From NCBI RefSeq assembly GCF_006345805.1, contig NC_043001.1, positions 9,734,001-9,798,000 on the forward strand: 64,000 nucleotides of DNA, written 5' to 3'. Below are positions 13,989 through 27,404 of this stretch, piece by piece (within the stretch, counting starts at the first letter, position 1; the number at the start of each line of letters is the position of its first letter). The notes below the pieces were generated by a model. That model ran no database searches. It was not told the DNA's origin and saw only the letters and a list, made by a program, of their open reading frames with translations. This DNA comes from Octopus sinensis (lineage: Eukaryota). A program made the translations under genes and the position numbers.

Positions 13989-14034
<46 letters not shown>

Positions 14035-14148
14035 TGTATGTATATGTGTATAAATGTAGGTATATATATGTATGAATATATATATGTATGTCGGTATATA
14101 TATGTATATATATATATATATATGAATATATATATGTATGTTGGTATA

Positions 14149-14191
<43 letters not shown>

Positions 14192-14372
14192 ATCTATGTA
14201 TGTATAAATATGTATATACATATATATGTATGTGTATGTATAAATATGTATGTATGTATGTATATGTATGTATATACATGTATGTATATACATTTATGTA
14301 TATACATGCATGTATATGTATGTATGTATATGTATGTATATATATGTATATATATGTACATATATCCCACCA
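13960..14372. repeat. (TA)n/(TG)n compound microsatellite
   Basis: Direct inspection; explains the YI/IY ORFs in the track. Confidence 0.95.
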
Positions 14373-15845
14373 CACACACACATAATGGTTAAGGCTGAAT
14401 TGCTTAAATTTTGTCTTGTTCTCAGAATAAAATAAATAAAACTCGATAAAATCTTCCCCAGAAGAATTTGATTCCAAACCTTTTGGCATAGCATTAATGT
14501 TGATATATTTGCTTCGCATTGTTAATCTTTTCTGCCTGATAGAATAAATTATTGATCAGTTATAGATATCATTCCTGATGCTGGGTGCAAAGTCACAGAT
14601 AGTCGAAAGCAGTGGCGAGGATTTTAGATTTAGAACCACACACTGCTGACTGTAAACTACTGCTCTTGAAAACCCCAAACTTGAATTGAATCTTCATAGC
14701 GTCATAGCATAGATCTCTTTAATATACTTTTCGCATTTTATCAGCACATATTTCCAAACTGGAGCTCCATTTCTTGTTGGATTCTGAAGCATAGTCTAAT
14801 AGATTATTGAAGTCTTAAGTTTTCGGCTAAATCTAATACTAGAATCATTTGGTTTCAAGTAGCAAACAGATTTCCAAATTCAATATTTCGTGGTTGAAAT
14901 GGGAGAGGAAATATAACATATTCCCTCTTGTTATTTCTTTGAAGCCAGAAACAAATATATTTTTTTTTCTTCTTTAGACCTAATGTAGCTGAAAGTGTGC
15001 CAATTAAATCTCTTATGTTCTTACAAAGAGAGAAACCTATTTATATCTGAGTTTTCATAATCTTACATATTATGGGATGCCAGGCCTGTGTATGATGATT
15101 TAACTGCAGAATTTCTCCCAGATCATTGGTTTCGCTAACATGGTTACACATTGATCGGTCTAATCAACCACCCCTTTCAACATCTATATGCTCCGAATCA
15201 CAACTTTTCTGCACATTTTACACATGATATTCTCATCTGACAACACCACAATCACATTTTCTCTCATCACACCCCAACAGCTGCTGAAGAATTTCAATCA
15301 TGGATTCAGGAACAAGCATCTCGCTTTCCATAAAAGAGATCAACTCCAGTTACCAGTGCAATAATCACATGTAGCTTTCTGAAATATCGTTTCATTCTTT
15401 ACTTTCGATCTAATAATGTAACCAGCTGCATCTCTCTTTCTTTCTCTTCCTCTTTCTTTCTTTCTTTCTTCTGCTCTCTCTTTCTCTCTCTTGTTCTCTC
15501 CGTCTTTATCTCTCTCTATCACTTCTATCCTCTCTCATTCTTTCTCACACACTCTTTCCCTATAGATATTACTTAAAACATATTACAGAATTCATAAAAT
15601 AAGAAAACATGGAGTGAAAATGGTAAAGCGCTCAATTAAAGATTCTATGATTTTTAGTTCCACCTCTTTACATGGTCAGTTTAATTCTTGCTGCATTTCA
15701 TTCTGTCTTTCATCCATTTTTATCATGGCACCAGCATTAAAGAAGTTGCCTTGTCTCCTGCATGACTTGGAGGATCTTCTTGACTCTGTCTCCATTTGTT
15801 TAAGGTAAACCTGACTGACAAAACAATTGAGAGAGAAAGAGAGAG

Positions 15846-15886
<41 letters not shown>

Positions 15887-16983
15887 TAGGAACAAGTGGA
15901 TGGTAGGAGATAGAGCAAAGAAAGACTGACAGTGGTTTCATGGTTGTTGGTAAGCAGAATGAACCTGGCAGAAAACCAGTATCAGCTGGGGGGATGGAGA
16001 GCCAAGTAATAAAAATGAATTTTGGTAAGAGAGAGAGAGAGAGAGAGGATGAGAGAGAGGAATAAAGATGGTTGATGAGAAGTGAGAGTAATAGATATGA
16101 ATGAAGTGACATAATAGAGGGAAGATTGAGGGATGGCAGACATAGTGAATGAATATGGAAAGATTTGGCATCAAGCTCTCTTAAGACAGACACCATGATG
16201 GAAGAGGCAGAGTACAAAGGGATAATGTGTGTGTGTGTGTGTGTATGGGAAACGTCCATTTTCCATTCTAACATGATTGGAAAGTCTGTGGGGAAGCAAT
16301 GAGTCAGATGACTGCTCCAAGTTCCAATTCCTGCTTCAGCACAGTTTTTATAACAGGATACCCTTTCTAATGCCACTCACTATACAGAATGTAAAGTGGT
16401 TGGCATTAGAAAGAGGATAGAAATATTGTTATTTCTAAATCCCTCAAAGAGAGATATTCAGTAACAGTTCTTTAAAGTAAAAGCTATTTGCTAACATAAT
16501 GTGACTGTCCTGGAAGGGACGAATGCTACATCATTTCCAGCTGCCTATATGACACAATATCTGTGAACAGCAATGACGATACCAGTTCGTCTTTGAATCT
16601 CTTTAACAATTCAAAATAATGAATTTAATTCCTCTTAATTCTACCTCACTTCATCTAATTGTATTTATTTATTGCTACTTTTCATAAAAAAAGCCTTTAT
16701 TTTTTTTATATTCCATGTGCAATTTCGCTTATTTTCTTCTTAGTTTCCTCATATCTTTTCCACGTGTTGTTTCTATTTTCTTTTTGAAACATATTTCTAT
16801 TATATATATATATAAAATAAAATAAAATACAAAATGGGACAAGAACGCAAAACATCCGGACAACTAAGTGATACAAAAAGGGACAACAAAACATCTAGAT
16901 AGACGATACAAAAAACATGGATGGGTCATTCAAAGCCTTTTATCTTCAGTCAAGAACCAGATCATCCTCACAATTTCAGTTGA

Positions 16984-17025
<42 letters not shown>

Positions 17026-17759
17026 GAAATAGAAATTTATTTTCTATTCCTGAGCGTTATACTAATATATCCGTTTGCTTTGTACACCACCTGTCTTCGT
17101 CTTTTGTTTTTTTCCGTAAACTCTCCCTATATATATATATTGCTGAGCTCTCTGTTCGAAAATATAAGGACACAGATATTGTGTCGTATAGCCAGCTGGA
17201 AATGATGCTTCCTGGGGTTAAATAGCAGTAACATTGTCCCTTCCAGGACAACCACATTATGTTGGCAAATAGCCTTTATGTTAGAAAGGGTATCCATTAT
17301 ATGTATACCAACACACACACACATATATATCTATGTATGTATGTATATATGCATGTATGTATACTAATCATATCTGTCAGGGAACCATTTGAAGGTGGGG
17401 GTGGGCCCCCTCCTGAATAGCTGCAGTCCAAAGGCTGAATACAAAACCCATGAATGTAGAATGTGATAGTATGAGATACCAGTGTTTACACAGCACAAAG
17501 AGGAGGGAAAAAAAATTAATACACATAACACTGAATATGAAGGCTGTAGCATGGCCTTGGCTCTGATAGCAAGAATAAACTGAAGAACTGTCTTGTACAA
17601 AGAGACACGAGTAGATACATCAGATCAATAAACCCCACCCTTTCCTTATCAGGTTCTGGGTACAGAATGGAACAAATTAGGAAAAAAAAATTAATGCTAT
17701 CCACAATGTAACAGACTACTTACTCTCTCTCTTTCTCTGTCTTTTTTTAATATCCTTCA

Positions 17760-17812
<53 letters not shown>

Positions 17813-18078
17813 ATATGACTACATCAAAGAGAGAATTCAATACATTTGCAAAGTAGTCCAGGACAAACCTATTAGTCACACAGAGGCATTGAACTTTCCA
17901 ATATCCACAATCATGTATGTATGTGTGTGTGTGTGCGTGTATGTATGTATGTGTTGATGTATATTATGTATATATTATGTATGTATGTTTGTATTGATTA
18001 TCATCACAATTACTGAATGCAAATCTTTAAATTGCAAGAGCTTAATTCATAACTGAAGTACATCTAATGCTAAAGACC

Positions 18079-18135
<57 letters not shown>

Positions 18136-18504
18136 TTTTTTTTATTTATTTGTTAAATCTGACCAGCAAACTCTTCCCAGCTTTGAGTAACTGTAATAGA
18201 GATGGGTGGAATGTATCCCTTGTCTTGTATTCAGGCCATGAGATGCTTTGAGCCCTCGTAAGAAGTTGTCTGTGAATGCTCCTGGCTTATTATTGAGTAA
18301 AAACGGCCAAGTTCTTCACAGACAGCTATGTACTTTATGTTTTCGCTAACACATTTCTTTTGAAATATTCTACTCTTGTTCCAATTAATTTTGGAAATAA
18401 TAAAGAATTTAAGTAAAATAAATATTATTACTAAGATAACGTAAGGCAGCAAAGTTTACCACACCATAGTGGGTTACACCATGGTTCCTCTACTTTGTGG
18501 CAGA

Positions 18505-18933
18505 AGTAGGAAGACGGAGTGAGAGAAAGTTGTGGTGAAAGAGTACAGCGGGGTTCACCACCCTCCTCTGCCAGAGCCTCGTGGAGCTTAGGTGTTTTTA
18601 CTCAATAAGCACTCACAAGGCTCAGTCTGGGAATTGAAACCTATTTCTTTACTACCCACAAGGGGTTAAACATAGAGGGGACAAACAAGGACAGACACAC
18701 GGATTAAGTCGATTACATCGACCCCAGTGCATAACTGGTACTTAATTTATCGACCCCGAAAGGATGAAAGGCAAAGTCGACCTCGGCGGAAGTTGAACTC
18801 AGAACGTAGCGGCAGATGAAATATGGCTACGCATTTCGCCCAGCGTGCTAACGTTTCAGCCAGCTTGCCGTCTGGGAATTGAAACCGTGTTCTTATGACT
18901 GTGAGTCCGCTGCCCTAACCATTGTGCCTCCAC
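18505..18933 (-). mobile_element. tRNA-headed SINE interrupted by a Meta-type SINE (18642-18869)
   Basis: Host matches 41830-42016; the insert is flanked by duplicated GTCTGGGAATTGAAACC (18625-18641 and 18870-18886). Confidence 0.85.
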
Positions 18934-19768
18934 GGATGTTGGTGTTGCCTTGGCAGAGGTTTGCACTCTCTGAGAGTTCTTGTTTTAATTGACTTTAAAA
19001 CTAATGAAGAATTTTGTAAAATAAATTTGTCATTGTTAAACTGGATTTTGGAACATAGATTACCACAGGATTTTGAGGGTGAGTTTTAATTTAGATGACT
19101 TTAAAATGAGGGTATATAAGAATTAGGGGTAGGTCTCGGGCGGTTTGGTATCAAAAGGGTTAATGTATTTCTCAGATAGGACTGGTGTCACTTAAGGTGA
19201 ACTTGGGTAGAAGGCTAGCATCAACCTGTGTCTGTGGAGGAAAGCATTAACCTCAAGACGTTGTGCAGTGGAATTGAACCGGTGGCCTCACGTTTGCAAG
19301 GCAAACCTATTTGGTCATGCTTACCCCTTGAATTAAGAATCACACACACACACACACATACACACAAACACTTGATCACACACACATAGACAAACACTTG
19401 GTCATACACACACATAGACACGCACAAACACTCGATCACACACAAATACACAAACACTCGATCACACACACAAATACTTGATCATACACACACACACACA
19501 ACTTCCCCTCCCACCACCACCAGTCATCGTAAACCCCTAGCAGCCCCTAAAACAGGCCAATCCCTTCTACCCCTGCTGCAGGAGTCCACCTTATCTCCAG
19601 CGTGATCCCACATTCAACTGAATCGTTGCACCACAACTCAAACATCTCAACCTCTGCACATGCATTGCGCACTCATAGCTGTACCCAATTATCATGTGTT
19701 ATGTTAATCAAAAGATGTTCAGTAGTCAGAGCAACAAGACTGCCAGACGGTGGTGGTGGTGGTGGTGG

Positions 19769-20060
19769 TTATAGTAGTAAAGACAGTGGTGATGGTAGTG
19801 ATGATGGTGATAGTGGTGATGGTTGTGGTGGTGATGATAATGATGATGGTGAGGATGGTGATGGTGGGGTGGTGTTGATGATTAGGAAGGTGAGGATATT
19901 GATGGTGATGGTGATGATGATGATGATGATGGTGATGGCGGTGGCGGTGCAGAGATAATAGTACTGATAGTGGTGGTAGTGGAGGAGGTAGTTGTTTTCA
20001 TAGCAGCAGCAGTCAGTAGTGGTGGTGGCCATGGTATCGGTGGCGATAGTAGGTAGTATA
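19769..20060. repeat. (GGT)/(GAT)n compound trinucleotide repeat
   Basis: Direct inspection. Confidence 0.9.
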
Positions 20061-21679
20061 GTCATTAAGACAGTGCTAGTAAGTAAAATAAATCTCGTTA
20101 GTTATTAGACTGAAAAACCCAAATTCCTAGTCATCTATCTTCATGTGGAACGGTGAAGGACTTAGACAAGCAACCAACTCCCAGTAACAAAACATAACAT
20201 GCAACAACTAGTCGTACATCCATCATTGTCTCTTTACCTTTTGCACTAGCTCTTTTACTCCAGTTAGAATAAAAGAATGGAATGTACCAAAGTGTTGCTT
20301 TGTTTTTGTGTGTGTGTTTTTTTTTTAACTAAACGTTAAACCATAGATTTTTGTAATGAAGCGAAAAGAAAATTTCTGACGTTCATGCCTCCACTGGGAC
20401 ATTAGTAAATGTGAGTGAGGTAATGCAGTTTCAGTTTGTAATGGAAGCCAGATTGTTTGTCGAGAATTTACTGCTGTAATACACTACGTTGCACTGCTTA
20501 CCTCAACTCGATAGAATAATATCAACAGAATTTTCCATTTTAAGACAACCATTTGAGATTTGAATGAATTCATTTATTCGTTCTGTTATCTATTTCTGTT
20601 TGTATTTTATTTAATTTTTGCTTAACAGATAAATATGCATTAAGATGATTAATTTTTATGGAATTTTAAAATATTAAATTGTCAGATTGTGCTATAATAT
20701 TTCCTGCAATCCTTGTTATTTTATGGAGACTTGTTGAGACTTTTCTATTGTTTCCATTTTATTAAGCAACTGAACTACCCAGGGCTATAAATATTTAATT
20801 GACATAGGAGTTTAGTCCTCATCACTCACAGACCCAACCCCACCTCACCTGTATATATCTTCAAAATGAATACAGATGATTTTAGAATAAAACATTTTAC
20901 TTGCTTGGCACTTTGTCTTTGCAATTTTTGCTTAGGGATGATATTTTTCAAATAATCATTTTTATAATATTTACCAATGACAGTTAAAAATAAATATTAA
21001 AAAACTATATAAATATTAAAGCAGAATTTGTTTGCCCAGAGAATTTAAATTCAATTTTGTTCCTTATTTTAATATTCCTTCCCATTGCATTTATTATTTT
21101 TATATTTTATTTTTAAATATTTTTATTTTATTTTCAGTCATACATGCTGCATACATACATACATACATATACATATATATATAAATATATATATATACAT
21201 ATATATAGATATATATATAGATATATATATATATAGATATATATATATATATAGATATATATATATATAGATAGATATATATATATAGATATATATATAT
21301 ATATAATATATATATATATATAGATATATATATAGATATATATATAGATATATATATAGATAGATAGATAGATATAAATCATCATCATCGTTTAATGTCT
21401 GCCTTCCATGCTCACATGATATATATGTGTGTCTGTATGTCAAATAGCTTTCCTTCCTGGAATATATTGTATGAATACATAAAGCTGCTATCATCATCAT
21501 TGCCATCCTGTCGTCTATCTGCTGATTCTGATGATTATCATCATGTGATAATTTACTATTTCTCAGACATATGGGAAATATGCAGAAAGTGTGATAATGG
21601 TGATAACAATCCTGACAATGATTATGATAATTTTTCTCCTAATTACACAAATTTGATATGTCTGAGAAACAATAACAAC

Positions 21680-21730
<51 letters not shown>

Positions 21731-21839
21731 CACCATCGTGCTATCTAAACAGTCCTGTTGAAACGTGTAACAAAGTTTAAAGTTGCAGAAATAGGTTTGA
21801 ACAGGTTCATATTCTTAATGCCTTTTCTAACACCAATCA

Positions 21840-22130
21840 GTGGAGGCACATGGTCTAGTGGTTAGAGCAGCAGATTTCGCGGTCGAGGGATCGCGGGTTC
21901 GAATCTCAGACTGGGCGATGTGTGTGTTTATGAGAGAAACACCTAAGCTCCCCACGGCTCTGGCAGAAGGTAATAGCGAACTTCTGCTGACTCTTTCGCC
22001 ACAACTTTCTCTCACTCTTTCCTCCTGCATCTTGCAGCTCACCTGCGATGGACCGGTGTCCCACCCAGGTGGGGAACCTGTATGCCAAGGAAAACGGGAA
22101 ACCGGCCCTATGCTCCACAAGGGGCAAAAA
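21840..22130 (+). mobile_element. tRNA-derived SINE with V-SINE-like domain
   Basis: A box TGGTCTAGTGG, B box GGTTCGAATCT; CACCTGCGATGGACCGGTGTCCCACCCAGG resembles the V domain (from memory); second copy at 52331-52630. Confidence 0.8.
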
Positions 22131-25100
22131 GGATTAATAAAAAAAAATAACACCAATCACATATTTAACTATTTTTATGTGTCTGACTTTTGGGTTAAAT
22201 TTTTTCCAACTCTTTTATATAATATTTCAATTTTGCTGCACAATTTGTATTCGGTTTCCAAACACTACCTTGGCTTCGATTTCTTTTGGAGATGATGAAC
22301 AAATGGTGAAATAACTTTTCTCTTTATCAATGCAATGTCTGGAACATATGGACTTTGAAAAGAAAGTTTTCATTTAGATCGCTTTACTGTTATTGTTATC
22401 CTATGTCTGTTGAAAGACAATGCTTTTATTTGAATTAATTTTGAAAATATTGAAGAATTTAGAAAAATAATTCTTGTCTTTATTAATCTGATGTTTGGAA
22501 CATAAATTAATATGGCATCATGACAGAAAGTTTTAATTTAGATTTCTTTAGAATAGGAAGTTTTTATCACAGAACCAATAGGGTGGTCTCAGGTGGAATG
22601 GTATCAAGAGTTAAAGATTATTCCTCATTAATTTCAGCTTAAATCTGTCTTCTAAATGAAATTAGAAATGAACTTCCATGACTAACTGGAACAGAACTTT
22701 CAAATAAAAAAAAATTAGTCTCTGAACTAAATATGGTTCCTTTCCAAAACTTTAAACCAAAACCCAAAAAAAAAAATTGGAAATTTTAAAGAAAATCGGT
22801 GAGTTAATTGTCAGAGGGCTATTTATCTAATACAACTAAGATTTTAAAACCTTTCATAGTAGAGAGAAAACTAAAAAATTATGAGTAATCTTATGAAATA
22901 AATTTGCTAAGTTCCAAAACAATCAAACTGGATACTTTCAAATTAATTAATTGTAAGATCTGATATTTTGCTCTAACTTTGCACTGAGATTTGAAAACAA
23001 TTTTCATCAAATTTTTTGGCTGGATTTATTTATTAATTTATGTATTATATCTATTTATTTATATATTATTTCATTTGTTGCATTTCAATTTGTTATCTTA
23101 CTTTGAAATGAATTGTTTTATTGTGTGAAAATTTTATAAATTGTTATGGTGATACTTGTTTGTTTTTGCTTCATCTTTTGCACAAATCAATATGTTTGTA
23201 TTTCTGGTTTGGTTCGAGTGTTACAGCAGTCTATAAGTGCTAACTGCTTCCGCATAAAAGGAGAAAGAACTATGGCTGGGCTCCTGCCGAAGCAGGAATT
23301 ATCTGAGTAGCGATGACACATCTGATTTGTAGTGGTGACGAGAGATATTATGGCTGTTACTAAATCGGCCATCGTTTTAGAAGTTTATTTTTACAGACAC
23401 AAGATGTAAGATTGGGAGCGGAGCTGGAGAGAATGGGTGGGCGGGGTGGCGGAAAGATTGCTAAGATAGCAGATCTTGTAGATATTGGTACAATACAAGA
23501 ACACAGAGAGAGAATATATTTTCGTTTAACAGAAGATACTTTTGCAACTACTCAGTTTCCATTTGTTCTCTTTCTTTATAGTGTGTATGGGCATATATAT
23601 GTACGTGTATATGTTTGTGAGTATATGTGAGTGTATGTGTGTACATATACATATATATATGTTTTATATATATATTATGTATATGCATATGTGTGTAGGT
23701 TTAGATATATTGGTATGTACATATGTATGTGTGTATATATATATGTATATAGACATATATACACACATACACGTGTGTGGTGTGTGTATTGCTCAAGGAG
23801 TAGATTTGGGGTTAAAAAAAAAAGTTAATCACTTCCATTCGCTGTCAATTCTTCGATTGATAGGCTTCTTTCTCAAGAATTGAATTACCAAATGAATCGT
23901 TCCAACTTAATCCACTGCTCTTTTCATTCACAATTATTCTCTTGACCTGTCAAAGGGGAGGGGAGCAAAAAAAAAGGATGAAAATAAAAATTCGCATACA
24001 CACAGACAAACAACTGTACAGACATACAGATATAAAAAAGAGAGAGAAAGCAAGACAATCACATACATATTGCTTACACGTGTTAACACACAGACACACA
24101 CACACACACACACACACATAGGTGCTCACATACACAGAAAGTGTGCGTATGTGTGTGTGTGTGTGTGTGTGTCCATTATATCATTTTCTTGAAGCCAGTA
24201 CTGTACCAATATGGCTGTCAACAAGATCTCATCATGTTATATTCAAGGTCTTTTACCACAAGGAACAACCACTGAAATAATTATTTTCTCCTCACCTACA
24301 CTTAGAATTTGAAGCTCTGCGGATGACACACACACACACACTACACTATCTCTACATTTATACATACAACACATCACTCCTTTCTTCCTCTCTCACACAC
24401 ACACAAACACACACATATATATATACCCACGCACACGTATAACTGATGATACTGGTGATGTTATTAAATTCTTGGCAAGTGAATACTCTCATAATTCTTA
24501 TGGGAGTCTTCTTCCCACCCACCTTTTTATTGTTCCTTTGACTGATATTTCAATTTTCTGCCCTGTCATGTTTTCTTTTGATATTATTTTTTCTCTTTAT
24601 AACTGATTAGTGTTGCATTTTAGTTTCTTTTTTTTTTCTTATCCAATTCTATTTTATATATATACACACACACCTTTGTCTCTCTCTCTCTCTCTCTCTC
24701 GCTTTCCTTCCTCTTAAATCTACCATATCAAGTTGTCATTGCTTTCTGTGAATGGGCCTTTATTCAGTAAGAAAATAAAGCAAGGCATTTCTATTGTCAC
24801 CAAATCTAAAATAAAAAGACATGAAATGAAACAAAAAATATTAAATTCTTTTTAAAATAAGAAGCCATATTTAGGATATTAAGGTTTTTGTTCTTGTTCC
24901 ATCCATGACCATTACATTCGTACCTGTCTCTTAAACACATTTCAAATATAGATTGCGGCAGTATTTTAACTTCTTTAATACTTTTCCATGTTCTATTGTC
25001 ATAAAATTTTTTTATCTCAAACTTATTGTCTGTTATCTAATTTTATAGCCACATGTAGGTTCATGGATGGCTGTGTGGTCCAGGAGCTTTCTTTCCAACC

Positions 25101-25224
25101 ACATGGTTCTTGGTTCAGTCTCAATGTGTGGTACCTTGGGCAAATGTCTTTTTCTGTTGCACAGAACCAACCAAATCTTTGTGAGTGGATTTGATAAATG
25201 GAAACTAAAAGAAGATCATCATTA

Positions 25225-25500
25225 TTCATTTCACCCTAAAGGCTGAGGTCATGCTGGGGCACCACCAGTGTTATCACCTTTTCAATGGCCATTCTTTTGA
25301 GATTGGCTTTTGGTGAAGGACAGAGTTTAATATTGCTGCCTTCTCTTGAGTTTCTGGCCACGATGTAGGGTTCATCTGGGACCTTGGGCAGCAGGAGGGC
25401 AAGTTGTTTCTTGAAAACCTCTATCTTTACTCCATGTAGATCTCTCAGACGTTTTGGCAAGATATTAAATAGCTGTGGCCCCTTGAATTCCAGGTTATTG
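25225..25500 (-). mobile_element. 3' fragment of CR1/L2-group LINE ORF2
   Basis: Translation ...FKGPQLFNILPKRLRDLHGVKIEVFKKQLALLLPKVPDEP matches the typical LINE ORF2 C-terminal pattern (GPxLFNxLP...FKxxLDxxLxxVPDEP). Confidence 0.75.
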
Positions 25501-26540
25501 CAGTACATATGTGTGTGGGGTGTGCATCGACCAGCCTTGTTTCATTGTGTCATGCTGAATCTCCCTGAGAACTTCATTAAGGGTATGCATGTCTGTGGAA
25601 TACTCAGCCACTTGCTGGTTCGTTTCATGAGCAGGCTGTTCCACTGATTGGATCTACTGGAACACACATCATAACTGAAGTGCCAGTTTTTTTTTTCTTC
25701 ATGTAGCTATAAAACAAAACACTTATTCATATGACATTTGAAGTTTTGGTAATTCCTTTATTAAATGAAAGATGGTTTCTCAAGGAGTTAGATTACGGAA
25801 ATTTCATTTTAATTCAAAAACCATTTTTCAAAATCTTATTTGGCTCAGCTTTTTCCCCCATATACTACCACAATATTTGTGATTCTGGCTCTTGCCTTTT
25901 GTAGATAAATCAAGCTTCCTCTCTTCCTATCGTCATTTCAAATTAATCTCAAATATTCCTTGGAAATTATCTTTATCACTTTCAATTACTTGTGAGAATT
26001 TAAACATATTTATGCTGATTGTTATATAAGATGAGAATATAAGCATTTAGACAGGAAGAGAGATGCACAAATATAGGTGCAGGCAGATCTGAACTTCTTT
26101 GCACAATCGTATCTGTACCTAAGAAATAGGTGGTTGTATAGTTAAGTTCACTATGCAACCATGTAGTTACAGGTTCAATCCAAGTGCATAGTACCTGGGG
26201 TAAGTCCCTTGTACTATAGATCTGAAGTAATTAATACCTTGTGATTAAATTTGGTGGATGGAAAATGCATAAAGCCCATTGTGTTTGTGTGTGTATATGT
26301 ATATACACTCCACCTTGTTTGAATGCCTGATATGTGACTCCCCCGAGAGTCTGTTTCATAATGAATTGGCAGAAGGCAGGCACACACAATGGGGACAGAA
26401 AAAGTCCTTTAAGGGGTGCATTAGCAATTAGAAAGGCATCCAAGTGTAGGATCCAGCTTTGGATAATTCTCCATCCAGTTTCATTCATGCATGAAAAAAA
26501 TGTTGAATGAGTGTTTCTACAAAACTAACAGTTAACTAAT

Positions 26541-26717
26541 ACAGTTCTATATTTAAGAGATGAGGAATTATGTACATTATTTACATTATTTACATTTGAC
26601 GGATATTTGTCCTCATCTTGTTTGTTAACACGTTTCAACTGATATACCCACCAGCCTTCATTAGGAGACTTGGGGAAATTTCGAACCTGGGTTCTCATTC
26701 CTAAGGTATTTTTTGAG

Positions 26718-26753
<36 letters not shown>

Positions 26754-26765
26754 ATTATTATTATT
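26541..26765 (-). mobile_element. Headless copy of the hammerhead-tailed element (degenerate HHR at ~26625-26669)
   Basis: Reverse complement CTAATGA-A-GGCTG-GTGGGTATAT-CAGTT-GAAACGT; homologous to 27505-27655 and 63729-63900. Confidence 0.8.
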
Positions 26766-27320
26766 GAGTGAGAGAGCAGTTCATGCCATCAAAGTGCCAC
26801 TGGGGTAAAATATACGAAGCCCAATATACCCATCATGACTACCCGTCTGATAAAGGTACACCAGGCACATGCATCACAACCATATGTGCGCGACATGGTG
26901 ATCTCATATCAAGATAAACAGCACATGACCTTGCAGGTGGGGCCCAGTTAGAATTTTCTTCAGGTTGAGTAGCCCATCCCGCTCAAACGGTCCCTGAATA
27001 AGGGTTGCTTAAGGATGTTGAAAGAACCACCCATGTTTCCAGAGGTGAACTATTCAAACCCCAAAGAATCCCTCTCAACACATGGCTATAATACTCCCCC
27101 ACTACTTCTGCTCGTGATCAGAGATGCACATATCGTCAGCCACTAAGGGACATGCTCAACTGGTTAAGGTCAAACAACTGACAAGCAAATCTGTGGTATT
27201 GAGCAGAATATTTGCTGTAGCCCATCTTTTATACCAAGACAAAACAATGTACATGATAACACTTCCAATCAGTTAAGATCAGAAGCCATGAGAGCCACTG
27301 CCTGGTACTGCATCAGGGCA

Positions 27321-27322
<2 letters not shown>
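26766..27322. mobile_element. ~555-bp putative mobile insert flanked by (ATT)n on both sides
   Basis: Complex, GC-richer segment with sharp boundaries in (ATT)n tracts; no ORF. Confidence 0.55.
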
Positions 27323-27387
<65 letters not shown>

Positions 27388-27404
27388 CACCATGCCATAT
27401 GCTT

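Noticed and set aside
13964-14519. Long YI/IY/CV-rich ORFs here and at 33.7, 44.1, 54.0 and 58.6-59.4 kb
   Set aside because: Translations of TA/TG microsatellites.
16915-16965. Minus-strand CTGAAGA...GAATGAC in a possible Penelope-like repeat
   Set aside because: GAAU instead of GAAA and no convincing stems.
19350-19500. CACAAACACTTGATCACACACA tandem units as a possible CRISPR-like array
   Set aside because: No unique spacers; it is a eukaryotic minisatellite.
21843-21915. Possible tRNA genes here and at 27405, 35580, 52335 and 62110
   Set aside because: No clean acceptor stem, and each continues into SINE body sequence; these are SINE heads.
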